Assembly: GCA_016748015.1 (NCBI GenBank)
Contig: JAAOMT010000664.1
Location: 1,363,892 to 1,427,891, forward strand
Direction: 5' to 3'
Origin: Geosiphon pyriformis uo1
Lineage: Eukaryota; Fungi; Glomeromycota
Length of the DNA: 64,000 bases
Made by a program: the position numbers and the translations under genes. The stretch's first letter is position 1. Every line of letters starts with the position of its first letter. A model generated the notes under the pieces. That model saw only the letters and a program-made list of their open reading frames with translations. It was not told where the DNA came from and made no database searches. Of the stretch, positions 1 through 13,347 are shown one piece after another.

Positions 1-2
1 CG

Positions 3-137
3 GACATTTATCAATTAGGCAAGTTATTAGAAGGGCTTAATACGGTGTTCTCCAATGATGGATAGGACTTTATAAGCAAATTAAAAAAAAAGATGCTGGA
101 AGCAGATGCAGCGCTCAAACACCCATGGATTGCTTAA
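3..137 (+). pseudogene. 3' end of a protein kinase (Crinkler/Glomeromycota-type), with in-frame stop
   Basis: Hand translation DIYQLGKLLEGLNTVFSNDG*DFISKLKKKMLEADAALKHPWIA*. It has kinase subdomain IX (DIYxLG) and XI (ALxHPW) motifs and an internal TAG. The gene is cut by the window start. Confidence 0.6.
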
Positions 138-1402
138 TTTGAGTTATAAGTAACGTATTTGGTGACTTGATCTTTATTTCTTAATCTATGTATATTTAGC
201 TTTAGAACGCTACAATATTATTGATAAAAATAAAATTGGAGCGAATGAAACTTTTCCGTATTCCTGATTAGTAAGTAATGTGTACAGTATTATTATATTA
301 TTGAGAATTTCTTTGGCAAAAGTGATAAGATGTTTAAAGAAAGGAATATGCTAGTTCCTAGACTCTTTGCTTAATGAGAATGGCAGTTCCTTCCTGTTTA
401 CACATAAATTATGCATAAAAACTTTCTTTTACAGTAGAAATTTGTAACCACTTATTTAAATGAATTGTCTGGCATAAAGTAAATAATACNNNNNNNNNNN
501 NNNNNNNNNNNNNNNNNNNNNNNNNNNNNNNNNNNNNNNNNNNNNNNNNNNNNNNNNNNNNNNNNNNNNNNNNNNNNNNNNNNNNNNNNNNNNNNNNNNN
601 NNNNNNNNNNNNNNNNNNNNNNNNNNNNNNNNNNNNNNNNNNNNNNNNNNNNACAGCAGATTGGTGGAGACTGATAATAGTTGGTATTATATGGTCCAAC
701 TAAATCCAGATTTAATTTCTCAATTTGTATTTTTTTTTTTTTTTTTACTTACTACTTATTAAGTTAATATTATACTCTCAAGATTCAACTAAATCAACTT
801 GTGGTTACGCCTAATTCAATAAGAGCTTTCTGTAACAGTTACCTNNNNNNNNNNNNNNNNNNNNTCAAAATGAATATGCTATTTCAACTATTAATGCGAG
901 AATATTGATTGTTTAAATAGTCAATTAACATTATAAAAAAGATTTTATACTTTTCTACCTACTTCCTTGAATATTTAGCTCTTTTGATAATATTTTTGAT
1001 CAATTAAATAGAGATTCGACTTTTTAATTGATTAGAAAGCCAACAACCCAATCTCCTATTTCGGATTAGGTTTAATTATTTTGCTTTTAAATATTTAACA
1101 ATAAAAAAACTTTTCACTCCAAATAAAAAATTTATTAAACCTCTCAAGATTCTTTTAAATGGCTCTAAATTTAAGTATTATAAAAATAAAAATCAATCTG
1201 AAATAAAATTTCTAAAATTTAGGAGAGAATTTTTGTAGCTAAATGAATTACAAAATTTTGTTTAACATTTAAAAATATAATAATATAGATTTATTAAGCT
1301 AATAAATTAAGGACTTCTGTTTTATTATATCTTTAAAAGTTAAAAATTTAGGGAGATTTTAATAGTAAATAGCTATAGCTAGGATGGTATGATTGATTAA
1401 AA

Positions 1403-1917
1403 GGAATATTTGGTGTGATTCCATACATTCCACCAGAAGTATTAAGAAGAAAAAAGTTTACTCCAGCTGGTGATATTTATAGTTTTTGAATGTTATTATG
1501 GGAATTAGCAACAGGAAAGCCTCCCTTCCATGATCGTGAACATGATCACCTTATAATGGTTATGTTAAATGGTCAAAGACCTAAGATTACCTCCCCACTT
1601 ATTTCATCTTGTATCGCTGAACTCGCTGAAAAGTGTTGGGATGTTAATCCTGAGAATCTTCCTAATGCTTGGTAAGTTTACCTAAAGTTGGAAAAACTTA
1701 ACTGAATATATAAGGAGAATTTAAGTAAGAAGTCTACAGATGAAGAATATAAAACTGAGTCCTGAAATCGAACAGTTTTTAGAATCTGATAAATATGTAG
1801 AAGAAATGGCAGATGGCGACGACTTAATGACAACAACAGCGATAACTCGCATTCATCCAGGAGCAGTCTATACAAGTCGTCTTTTAACTTTGCAAATGAT
1901 CGATTTTTCTAAAGGTT
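1403..1917 (+). pseudogene. Tyrosine-kinase-like (TKL) kinase pseudogene, C-lobe and tail
   Basis: Reads IFGVIPYIPPEVLR..GDIYSF*MLLWELATGKPPF..CWDVNPENLP..HPGAVYTSRLL, the typical Glomeromycota TKL C-terminus. It has several in-frame stops (DIYSFG->DIYSF*), and no N-lobe is seen upstream. Confidence 0.85.
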
Positions 1918-2389
1918 AATTTAGCTATTTTTGTATTGATTAACTCATTGATTTAATTATTAGACAGTAAATTAAAATTTTATTTCATCTTAATTTTCTC
2001 TAATATTTAAAAGAGTTAGTCTATTTACCTGAAGGTAAGAAGTTAAAAAAAAAGGTTGAATATAATTATGTACTTTACATTCTAATATTTTAACCGTTAT
2101 TTTACTATTTATTATATATTAGACGACTCTTAATAGATCTAATCGTAATCGGGTATCTTTATATTCTATTCGTCTCTAAAATGAGATTAATTTTATTACT
2201 TATTTAAAGGATATATTTTAGATAGGGTTTATTGCAATCCCAAATTTTAATTATATTAGTTACAATATTTATTAGATTCATTTCAATATATATTTTATTA
2301 ATTTATTATAAAGCATATTCTGTCTCACCTAAAAAATAATATTCAAACAAATAGTGATTATTTGAGAATAGTTTATCTTCAAGAGGAAC

Positions 2390-2460
2390 TATAATAACTA
2401 ATAATAATTATGATAATTATAACTAATAATAATAACTAATAATAATAATAATAATAATAA
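2390..2460. repeat. Imperfect (AAT/ACT)n microsatellite
   Basis: Directly visible ataataactaataataat...aataataataa tract. Confidence 0.8.
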
Positions 2461-2899
2461 AGTGATTCAAATATAGAAATATTAATTAGATAAACCAATT
2501 AAACTTGAAACTTTTATAAAAAAGCAATCACTAAAACTTTTATTTATTAATCTTTTTAAAAATAAGATCTCATAGTTGATTTTAATTTAAAAGAGCGAGT
2601 TTTAATGAATTCATATATAATTTCAAATATGACATTTCTAAATGTGTTACGCATATAATAAAATGAAGGGTAAATATCAATTGGTATCTGTTTTATTTAG
2701 TAATTATCCAAAAAAAAATTATTTAATTGATAAAATATGTGAATAAACAATAAAAATTTTTAATCTCTTAATATATATGTCAGTGTAATTTGTTTCAATG
2801 ATAATTATTAAAAGTAGAATTAAATTTCTCAATTCGTGATCAAATACGATTATAATTTTTTTAAACTCGATAATATAAATGAATAGGATATTATGTGAT

Positions 2900-4089
2900 T
2901 AAGTTTTTTATCTTTTAATTAAAAATATCATATTTCTCATTTTTTTTAGCACGTCCTTTAAAAATAAAGCTAGAAGTTGAGTTTATTAGCTAAATTTAAA
3001 TAGCTTTTGTTCATAGCTATTAAAAAACTGCGTGTGTAGTTAATTAATTAAAATCTAATTACTTAAAACAATAATTGCAAAATATCTTTTGTTTTAATAT
3101 ATAATATTATCATTAACCAATAAAAATAATAAAAAGATATTACAAGTTAAAAGTAAGATTACCTTTAAAAAAAAAGTAAAAATTCTATTTATTTAAATTT
3201 TTTTAAATTTTAATTATTGATAACTATATTGTTAAATTAGTTAAAAATTGAAATAAAAACACAACAATTAAAAAAAAATTAATAACTAAAAAACAATATT
3301 GTTTTTTTTTAGATTACAATTTATTTGTATTATGAATTATTTAATTATTATTAATCACGAAATTAAATCTATATTATTATATTTTTTTAAATATTGAAAA
3401 AAAAATTATTTAATTAAAATAATATTCAAAAATATGTATATTTTAAATTGTAAATATATGTTTTATTTTATAATTTTAATAATTTATAAGCTTTAACAAT
3501 AATAATTATTTAATATTTTACTTTTAAGTTTTTGTTAAATTATTTTAACAAATTAATATAATTACTTAATAAAAAAAAATCTTTTTTAGAATGATGTTTT
3601 ATGCTTAAATACAATAATTAATTTTTTTTATAAACCGTTATTTAACAAAATTAAATATAAATTGATTCAATATTTGAACTTGGTCTAATTTATAATTGTT
3701 AATATATATCTATTTTATTATTTACATATACTTAAATATTGTGTTTTTTAAAATAATACAACTGTCTAAATTTTAAACAAATTAATATTAATATAAAATT
3801 TTATCTTTTTATTTATTTTTAGCTTTAAAAAAGTATTAGTTATTTTATATTTAAATATATTTATTTATTTTTATTAAAATTAAAATAAAATTTTATTCAA
3901 AATAAAAATCATTTTTTTATTTAAATTTACAAAGTTTCTTAACTGTAACTAATATTTGTAGTCAATTTTAATTTCTAAAAAAATTTAATAATCTAAACTA
4001 ATAATTTTGTTTAAAAATTATTTATAGACTATTAATTGTTTTGTTTAAAATTTAAATTCATAAATTTTAATTATAAAAAACAAGCTATT

Positions 4090-4120
<31 letters not shown>

Positions 4121-5150
4121 ATTTCACAACACAAATTGCAATATTAAGAAAAAATATTTAAAAGCAGCTTTAAGTAAAAATACAATTTGAAATATAAGAA
4201 TTTAGGAAATTTTCTTAAAAAAAAAAAAAATACAAAAAAAAAATACAAAAAATTAAAACAAACAATTTTGATAAAAAAACAATAAAACATTAGCATTATT
4301 GTTATATACATAATTAAATAAATTATCTTATCTATTATTAATAAAATAGTTTACAAAATTAATCTTCAAATTATTAATATTAAAAAAGTTTAAACTAAAA
4401 ATTAATACTTTTAAATACTAAAATTTATTTTTATAACGCTAAAAGTGTTTGTACTATTAATAATATTTATTAGAACTTGTAATAATGCTTTTTTAATCTT
4501 GTTCTTAAATATTGTATTTTTAAAAATACCCAGTTCTTTTTTTCAAATTATTATAATTATAGTTTGTAAAAAACTAAAAAAAGTTTTACAGAAATCTCTG
4601 TTCATAAACTATTTGTTATTGTATTTGTATATAAATATGCCTAGCGTTGGTTTTTTTTGTATTAAAAAAATATATTTTTAATTGCCGTGTTAAAGTTAAT
4701 TTTTAAAGAATTACAACCAGTCTAAGATATTTGTTTATAAATTAAAAAATATATATTTTGTGTAGATGTTAAATTTAAATTATTTTAAAGTTAAACAATT
4801 TATACTTTTAAAGTATAAAATATAAAATAAAATAAATTTATCAGTCTACTAAAATTAATAACTAATCAATTTTAGAGTTATTAGTTTATAGTATAATAAA
4901 ATAAATTTTAAAGAAATAGATAAATTTTATTTTTTTGTGTTTTGATTTAAATTTGTATTTTTTATCGTAAGTGTAAAAATATCTTAAATATTTTTGTAAA
5001 CTTTCAATATTATATAGTTTGGGTATTGGATAATCTAATTATAGGATTTAATTACACTTGTATATTATACAAATTGGGTTATTAATCAAATAAAAATCAT
5101 TAGTAATTTGGCTAAATAATAATTGAAAAATATATAATAAAATGTGCAAT
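2900..5150. mobile_element. Extremely AT-rich block, probable decayed transposon relic
   Basis: Same G/C-depleted texture as the mutated LINE interior and no credible ORF. I could not decode diagnostic motifs, and the boundaries are approximate. Confidence 0.3.
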
Positions 5151-6249
5151 GATAATGTATACTAATTGATAATATAAATTAAAGAGATAATTTCATGCTA
5201 CCTTTGTTACAAATTTCAAATGATAAAATAATTTCATCCTCAATACTCAGCTCCATTAAAGTCCCAATACTTTGTTAATAATCTAATCTTTTTAATCTGA
5301 AGATAAAGCTAAGGAAAAAGAAGCACAAAAAGGAGATGTGGAAAGTTGAGAAAAAAGAAGCGAAAGTTTTAAAAGTGAGCAAAAATAGATGATAGTTGCA
5401 GATTCAAAACCTATAAAATGCATTAATACCAATTTCATAACTCGGATATTAGGACATAGAGTAGAGCTTAAAAAATTTGTAAAATTAGATGTTTTTTGGA
5501 AAAAATAACCATATTTCTGGTATATACTATTTGTGATTTATTTTATTTCTTCCTGTTATTATTATTATAAAATTCTTTTGCTTCTATTGATAAATATTTA
5601 TTTATTTTCTGCTTTTCATTGAAAAATTATCTGTTCCAGAATTATTTATCAAAATAAATTGTCATCTGTAAATGTCCTTTGTTATTTCTACCCGAAAACT
5701 AGATCTTGATTTGCGCAGGATAAGATAAATGTATGTTTGATTTAGACTAACAGCAAGAGCAACAACAACAACAACAAAAACAATAGTATTTTTAATAATA
5801 TTAACAAAATTTACTTTGAAAATAGTTTACATTTATTGTGTGGAGACGAAATTGTTAAATCTTAATTTTTTGCTTAAATTTACGTCGCTGATATTTCAGA
5901 TACGTACCTTTTCAAAAAAGCAAAAAATTTTGTGAGATGTAACGATCAAAAATTAATAATAAAATTAATAGTAATATTCATTTTTTATTTATAAAATGAT
6001 ATTCGTAAAGCCAATTATCATTTTGTTAGGCTCATCGGATTTTAATATTACACCTATTGATGAGAGAGGAAAGATTATTGTAAAGATTAATTTAAATATA
6101 TAAAGTAAAAACAAAAGTCCGTTCACATCCTATTCGTAAATATCCAAAAAATAAATACCATGTATTTCAAACTTCACAATTATTGAGCAGTTAATAAAAG
6201 TATATTAAAAGATAAGGAAGGCTAAACGTAGTACGATCGTTTAAGTAAG

Positions 6250-7724
6250 ATGCGATTTGAAATCCTAAACCACAAGATGATGAAATTCAAAAAAAAATTC
6301 TTTTTCGACCAAATATTTTTAATACTCCTTTTATCTTTAATTGTTCTTTACACATTCTCATGCTTGTCAAAATTCACTACACTTCTAAAGGATAAAAAAC
6401 ATAAATCACTTTCGAAATATGCTGCTCATATGTATCTTAAAAAACCAAAATTCCCGCTAAATTACCTTGATTTAGCCATTGGGAAAAATTTTTTACAACA
6501 ACGATCGCTTCGACGTCCACCCAATGTTGATAATAATTCTACTTTCACTCTTTTGGCGGATTACTCAATGGCAGCCTATTGTTTGAAAACACTGGATGTG
6601 TCTGAAGAGTTTCTGATTTATCGTTAAGGATTCTTCCAAGTTTTTGCTTTTAGAAAATATTTAACTCCACGCTTTTTCTCAATAACAATTTTTGCAAATT
6701 TTAGCCTTGAGACCTTCCCGTATATACATCGTCGCTTTTCCAGGTATATGTTCTTATAAGAACCAAACCTTGCTGATAATTTTATCATGAATTTTAATGT
6801 ACTATATCTATCCAGGATCCAATTTAACTAAGAATGAATGGGAAACCAGGGATTTTACAATGGTCCCATATGTAGTAAATGGGCTTAAATCAAAACCTTT
6901 AATTCAAGTAGTAGAAATGTTTCAAGCGGAATTCCTTCAACTCAAGGATATGTTTTTTTCAAGGCTTGAAGAGTTACTTCGAGCAGAAGAGAGTCTAATA
7001 GAAAAAATTTATTTTACTGGATGGGGGATTGGTGGTGGTACGTTTTATCAATATATTGAGCGCCTAATCCACATTTAACAATTGCTATTCTCAATTTTAT
7101 TTAAAAGCATTGGCAGTTATCGCCGCCCTTACCTGGGAACTAGAATCCTACATAAAGGACCAGGAAACCCCTTCAAGTAGCTTCAAATTATCCCATTTCC
7201 AAGTCGAAGCGATCACATTTGGTGCTCCTCGACTGGGAAACACATATTTCGCTCGTTTGATTAACAAATTTCTAGATATCAAAAGAGTAACATATCTTAA
7301 TGATCATGTTCCTCATTTTCCGGGGAGAGAAATTGCAATGCACCATGAACTTGAAATCTGGATAGACCCTAACTGTGATTGCTCAAGTAATCCTGTTATT
7401 TTGGAATGTCCAGGTTTTGATTATACTGGAAAGGCACCGCGACAAGTGGGAGTGTCTGATGAATCATTCTTCCCAGACAGTATAATGTCAGGGGAAAATC
7501 AGGTTTTTTAAATTTGTTTGAGAATGATTTTTTCATTGTATTATTAACAGAAGCTTATTTTATTTAATCATGTTTTATTTTCATAAAATATTTTTAAGGA
7601 ATGTAATGCTGGCCAATCAATTGTAAATGTGCCATTGACCTTTATCCATGATGGACCATATTTTGGCTATCACATGAGAGATTGCGGGAGTATGTTTAAC
7701 CAATTATATAACCGACGGCATTAA
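6250..7724 (+). CDS. Lipase class 3-fold protein with N-terminal hydrophobic segment; catalytic Ser replaced by Gly (pseudoenzyme)
   Basis: Hand-built exons 6250-6622, 6705-6743, 6816-7037, 7108-7502, 7599-7724 are all GT-AG and in frame. Motifs are YSMAAYC, IVAFPGS, FTGWGIGGA (GxSxG position), TFGAPRLGN, NDHVP, HHELEIW and HDGPYFG. Confidence 0.88.
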
Positions 7725-8687
7725 ATTAAAAATTGTCGGAAACATATTAATGGAAAGGCAAAAAGTAACAGATTTTTATTGAAAAAATTTACTCTCGATA
7801 ATCAACTCGTGTTGAATTTATCGTTCCCAAATCTGGAACATTCATATTTTGTGACATTCTTCTTTTTTATTTCATGTTTCAATGATTTTGAATATAATTG
7901 TCATCAAAGTCTCAAAGCAATTCATTCTTATCTCTGCCGAGTATTCTTTGAAAATTTAGGTTTAAAGAAGACAAAGGAATTTCAGTGAGCTTTGCAAGTT
8001 TCTGTTAATTTCTTGGACAAATCTTTTATAAGGATTTTCTGATATTCTAACTCATTGCTAAAGTCTTTTTATCAATTTTCCCTCACTGCTATATTTTCAT
8101 ACTTCTTAATTATCAAATTGAAATTCCCATGTTTTTGATTTATAAATTCAACAAACAAAATAAAGTTGAATAGAATACTAGATTTTTTCTTTACAAAAAA
8201 TACAGGGACAAAAGATTGATACAATAAACTCGTCATTTGAAATTAAACGATAACAGCTTTACTAAACATATCTGGTGAGCATTAAAAAATTATTGACCAT
8301 TTTGCTCACAAAAAAGAAAGCATTCCAAATATAGAATACTAATTCATAAAATAAAATAGCCTTATTGTATTCTTAAAACATATTATTATCAAAAGATCAA
8401 AGGTTAAGGTTTTATAGATTTCGACATGTAAAAACATTTTTGCTTGATTTCGTTATTGATTTTTAATGTTATAAAACTTTTTATCAGGAGTAAAAGTGGT
8501 TTCAATAAAGGAAATGATAGAATTAATTGAATTTAATATTATGGAAAAATGAGAGTGTGCATGAAGCAAGGATTTATGGTTAAAGAAAAAACTCTCAAAA
8601 TATTACACTTTTAAATAGTGATATAGTGAATGGAAGAGAGAGACCATAAGCCACAAAAATTAAATTGAAAAAAAATTATTATTGACA

Positions 8688-8730
8688 GAATTAATTGATC
8701 AATCGATAATGTGCAGATTAACATGTGACT
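8688..8730 (+). promoter_or_regulatory. Conserved ~45-bp upstream element of BTB-TLDc copy 1
   Basis: AATTAATTGATCAATCGATAATGTGCAGATTAACATGTGACT recurs in reverse complement upstream of copies 2 (26100-26140) and 3 (37763-37804). It contains the E-box-like CATGTG. Confidence 0.5.
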
Positions 8731-8797
8731 TGAGCTCCGGATAAGTAAACGACTGTGTAGGAGAAAAAGACCTCACTCAGACTTCTCATATTTACCA

Positions 8798-10299
8798 ATG
8801 TCACCCCAACAATACTTTCACGCTTTATCCAATGATTTTGGAAATTTATTTGACAGTCAGAAATTCTCTGATATTAGAATTATAGTTGGCGAAGCTCCAA
8901 ATATTAGAACCTTTCATGCTCATTCCCAAATTTTAGCAGCAAGATCACCATATTTTGCTGTAGCACTCTCTAGCAATTGGATTAAAAGGGAAAATAATAT
9001 CATTATCTTCCCTAAACCTAATATTTCACCAAAGATTTTCGAAATAATTCTCAGGTAAGGTTTTTATTTGCTTCAAAGTAATTTTGCCAACATGAAATTC
9101 ACTGATTTTATTTCCTGAACAGATATATTTATAATGGCGAGATTTCTCTTGATAAACATGGAGTACCTACTATTTTAGAATTGCTTGTTACCGCTGACGA
9201 GCTTATTCTAGAAAACATAATTGATCACCTTGAAGACTATTTGATTGAACACCGTGCAAAAGAGCTAAAGGAAAATTTTGCCACTTTGCAAAAAACTTCA
9301 TTTTTGCATGATTCTTTCAAGAAGTTACAAGTATTCTGCACCGAAATAGCTGCTAACAATCCAGCCATAGTTTTCGATTCGCAAGATTTTACCTCTCTTA
9401 GTGAAAAGGCTCTTGTCTCAATTTTAACCCAGGATGATCTAAATATAGAAGAATCTGAAATATGGGAAAAGATTGTAGAATGGGGAATTGCTAAATTAGA
9501 TAACAATATTCAGACGAAAAAAGTTCCTTACTGGACAGATGAAAACTTTAACGCCTTTAAGGAATCCATCGAAAGGCTTCTACCTTTAATCCGCTTCTTT
9601 AACATATCTTCAGTTGACTTCTATCACAAAGTAAAACCATTTGCGAGAATTTTACCTGGAACTTTATATGAAGATCTTTTACATCATTATCTCGTACCGG
9701 GTAGTCATCAAAAATCTGTAGACGCTCAGCCATTACGTTTTTCCCGATTAAATATTGATTCAAATCTTCTTCGATCATATAATATAAAACAGCTTGATCA
9801 TTGGATTCAAGGCAAAAACAAAAATACTCCTTTTGAAAGCAAACTTGGAAATGATTTTAAATTGTTACTTCGAGGCAGTCGAGACGGATTTACTCCAGCC
9901 GATTTTCATCGATTATGCGATGATAAAGGAGCAACAATTAGCGTAATCAAAGTGAAAGGAACTGGTCAGATAATTGGCGGCTTTAACCCACAATCTTGGC
10001 ACTCTCGAGGTGAATTTTTAAATGGAGAAAGAAGTTTTATTTTTTCTCTTGGAGATGACAATGCTGAAAATGCTATACTTAGCAAATTTGTTACAGGATA
10101 TGGACCTTATGGTGGAAAAGATTTGGGACCCTATTTTGGAAATCTCAATATGAGTTTGAGTGGCGACTTTAAAAATAGTTCAGGGTGCTATTGTCAAAAG
10201 ACAATTAATTATGAGCATGCTTTAATGCCTGGGTCAGAAAATCAAGAGATGAATTTTTCTGTCGAGGAGTATGAAGTTTTTCAAATTATAAAAAGATAA
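8798..10299 (+). CDS. BTB/POZ-BACK-TLDc domain protein, copy 1 (putative Cullin-3 substrate adaptor)
   Basis: Exons are 8798-9054 and 9123-10299 (GT-AG intron at ILR/YIY). BTB: SDIRIIVG..FHAHSQILAARSPYF. BACK: LTQDDLNIEESEIW..LIRF. TLDc: LLLRGSRDGF..FHRLCDDKG..IIGGFNP..SFIFS..GPYFG..VEEYEVF. Confidence 0.93.
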
Positions 10300-11405
10300 A
10301 TTTGCTTTAATTAAATTTTATACTTTTGAAGGTTGTGCTGTCTATCTTAGAAACTTTCAATAGCGAAATATTTTATAGCCTACCATTTTAAGTTCAACAA
10401 TAAAGTTGAAAGAATAACATTATCTATTTTAAAACATCAAAGAACTTTAAAAAAGACTTTTTATTAAACAACTATTAATTTCTAAAGTATAGGTTTTATC
10501 ACAAGTTAAGCTATAAACTGCTCTTTAGCTGAATAGCATTAGAAATAAAACTTTCAAATATATACTTATGTTTCTCCACTAATTAAAATTATTAGATGGT
10601 GCTTTAGTTTTATACTGTACAATGATATAAACAAATGATTTTAATAAATATTTAATAAAGAGACTCGAAAAGAGTAAAAGTTATCAATAAAAATAAAATA
10701 GTTTTCTATTAAACCATGTTTTTTAATATCAATTTATTTTCTTTTTTTTTGAAATTCCCAGAAATGCCTTACAAACTATAAGTGGCATTTCATTTTTTTG
10801 TTTTATAATAGTTTTTTCTTACTTTTCCTATAAATATAGAATTATTAATAATAGCAATTTCAATTAGATAATATTTATATTCCCAAGAATTGGATACAAC
10901 TTTATTATCAGTTTCAAAATTTTTTTTCTAGGATCATATACTTCTATACCACCGACCAGACCATTAGTATTTTTTAAGATAACTTTCATTCTTTTTTCTT
11001 AAAGGTTGATATTCTCTTTTCACATAATTTGCAATAGTTTACCTTGGTGTCAATTAAAATAATCAAACCAATTTTTTTATTTAAAATCATAAATTATCAA
11101 TATCGATTAACAGCAATTAGTTTCACACGTTGAAAACCACAGTCTTGGTATATATTCAAAATATAATTTCACTTTTCGCATTCACTAATATTTTTGGATA
11201 AATATTAATGAATGTGAAAATTTTCTCTAGATATGGGTTTTTCAAAGAGATACGAGTAATTGTTCGATACATAGCTACTAAATCACTCGGAGTATTTTCT
11301 CTATTATACTTTAGGCCTCCTAAGAAAAGATCTTTGAGAAACGGGAAATCCTTACAAGAATTTTTTCTATTTTAAATTACTTGGCTAAGCGCGTGTTGCT
11401 GTAAC
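10300..11405 (+). repeat. Segmental-duplication unit downstream of BTB-TLDc
   Basis: Reverse-complement copies lie at ~35890-36616 (lacking ~10720-11100) and ~63210-64000. The ORF track shows near-identical spurious ORFs at 35928 and 63231. Confidence 0.9.
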
Positions 11406-12209
11406 ATGGATGCAATAGACAAATATAATGAGAGAATTTATGAAGATATTATAGAGGAGGAGGGGAATGTGGTTTGTTTTGATGTAGATAATATAAATAT
11501 AAATCTTGTAAGAAGGTTTATTCGTTATTTTCTATTAGAAAGTCTTGAATGTCTCTATCTAATTAAAATGCTGATTGGATTTTTACTTCTCAATCAAAGG
11601 AACCTTGAATTTCACCAAAATTAGAGACACTTAAAGATTAATTAGTTTCAACCATTTTAGTTGAAAAGGAAGTATCGAAATCCTTGATCAAAAGATTACG
11701 ATTTCAAATTTCTTGAACAAGTGATTCAAGATACAGGTTTCTACATGAAATTTTTGGGTTCCAAGTTAAATGTGAGTGAGTATTAATTAATTATCAACAT
11801 TAAATTTCTATCAAATTGTATATCATTTGCCATTTTTTAAACGTACGGTTTTTTTAGGAAATTTTTAGGCAGATATTTATTATTTAAACGGAAAAATGAG
11901 ATTTTAAAGGGACAGAGCGAAAAATAGAATGTCACTAATAGTTCTGGAAGGCATTTTAAATTGCATTTCTTCTGAATAATGGCAAATTTCAATCGCAGTC
12001 TGTTAAAAAAACTTTATTTAATAGAAAATTATTTTATTTTTATTTTTATTTTTGAAAACTTTTACTCTTTTCGAGTCTCTTTATTAAATATTTATTCAAA
12101 GTATTTTCTTTATATCATTGCAAAGTAAAAAGTAAAATACCATCTAAAATTTATAATTTTAATTAGAGGAGAAACACAAATATCCATTTAAAAGTTATAT
12201 TTCTAATGC
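10536..12209. mobile_element. Non-autonomous element with long (~260 bp) imperfect terminal inverted repeats (MULE/foldback-like)
   Basis: 10536-~10800 (GCATTAGAAAT..ATAAAGAGACTCGAAAAGAGTAAAAG..AAATGCCTT..AACTAT) is the reverse complement of ~11920-12209 (..CTTTTACTCTTTTCGAGTCTCTTTATT..ATTTCTAATGC). I found no transposase and no clear TSD. Confidence 0.6.
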
Positions 12210-13347
12210 CCTGGACCGCCTATTATGCCTTACGTAGATTATTTTAATAGTTAGACATATTAGCTCTCAAATTTCAGTCAGAATGGAAGCTTTTTCTCTT
12301 ATTATTGTTCTCAAAAACAAAAGCAAGTTTCATAATGCTTGTTGGCTTTTTTAATTTAGTTTATTCTTAATTAACGAATAAATTTGCTAGCTATTAAATC
12401 ATTGTTTTGATGAGAAGCTCTATATATATATATTAATATTTGAGCGAAAAACATCCACTTTTACTGAATTGAAGGGTTTCAATAATTTTGCAAATTTATT
12501 GAAAAATTTTCAATATTTAATTGAGAATATTCTGTTCCTAACACTATTCGTCATGATCGGATGAAAAATTTTTCAATTTATAACTGACTGTCTTAAAAAA
12601 AATATAATAGTGCTAGGAGCAAAGGCTATTGCAAAAAAATAGAGGTGATTTTTCTTCAATCACTTTAAACTGCATATTTAATGTAACGAGGATGGTAACC
12701 CTTTTGCAAAAGAAGTTTATTCAACTTCAGTTTTTAAAAACAAAAAAATTGTAGAGTATTTAAATTTGCAAAATTAAATAAATTCAAATTATCTCCTAAA
12801 ACTGTATTATTGACAAAACAATGATCTAAAACTCCATTAATAAAACCAAAAATAAGAATATTTTTAAAAAGCAGTTGAAATTTTTTATGATTTAAGTAAA
12901 TATTAATGAATAAATTATAATTATTTTAAATCTACAATTTTAAAAAACAAACAAACATGTACATTATAAAAAAAAACTTTTTTTCTTTTTTATAAAATTA
13001 CGTTTATATGTATATATTTTCTCTAAAAAAAATTAATTATGATACACAGTAAAATGATTATTTCTTAGAGAAATTTATTAATTTAATAACAAAATTCATA
13101 AAAATGAGATTATAAAACTTTAGCCAAATATTATACATAAGTAAAATTTGATTAAAGGAATTTTTTTGATGTGAATATTTAAAAATCAATTTATTGAATT
13201 TATTTTGAATGTAAATATTAAAAAAAATCTTTGCCAATTTTAAATATATAGATAATATGCAAATCAAAATTTACAAAAAACAATTTCTTCAAAATGTTTT
13301 TGATTTGCATATGCCAAATATATTAAAAAAATAAGATTTCTAAAATG

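Noticed and set aside
4445-4681. Short I/K/N/F/L-rich ORFs here and at 13058, 30352, 33364, 34324, 35445, 42273 as genes
   Set aside because: They are by-products of AT-rich sequence. Those at 28-35 kb are mutated LINE fragments.
9237-9506. Antisense ORFs over the BTB-TLDc, SLOG, lipase and NF1 genes
   Set aside because: Shadow ORFs with no motifs. They recur only because the sense genes are duplicated.
10081-10299. Diversity-generating retroelement explanation for the variable TLDc 3' end
   Set aside because: Differences are not confined to adenines and include indels. No template repeat or intact RT is present, so paralog divergence with selection fits better.
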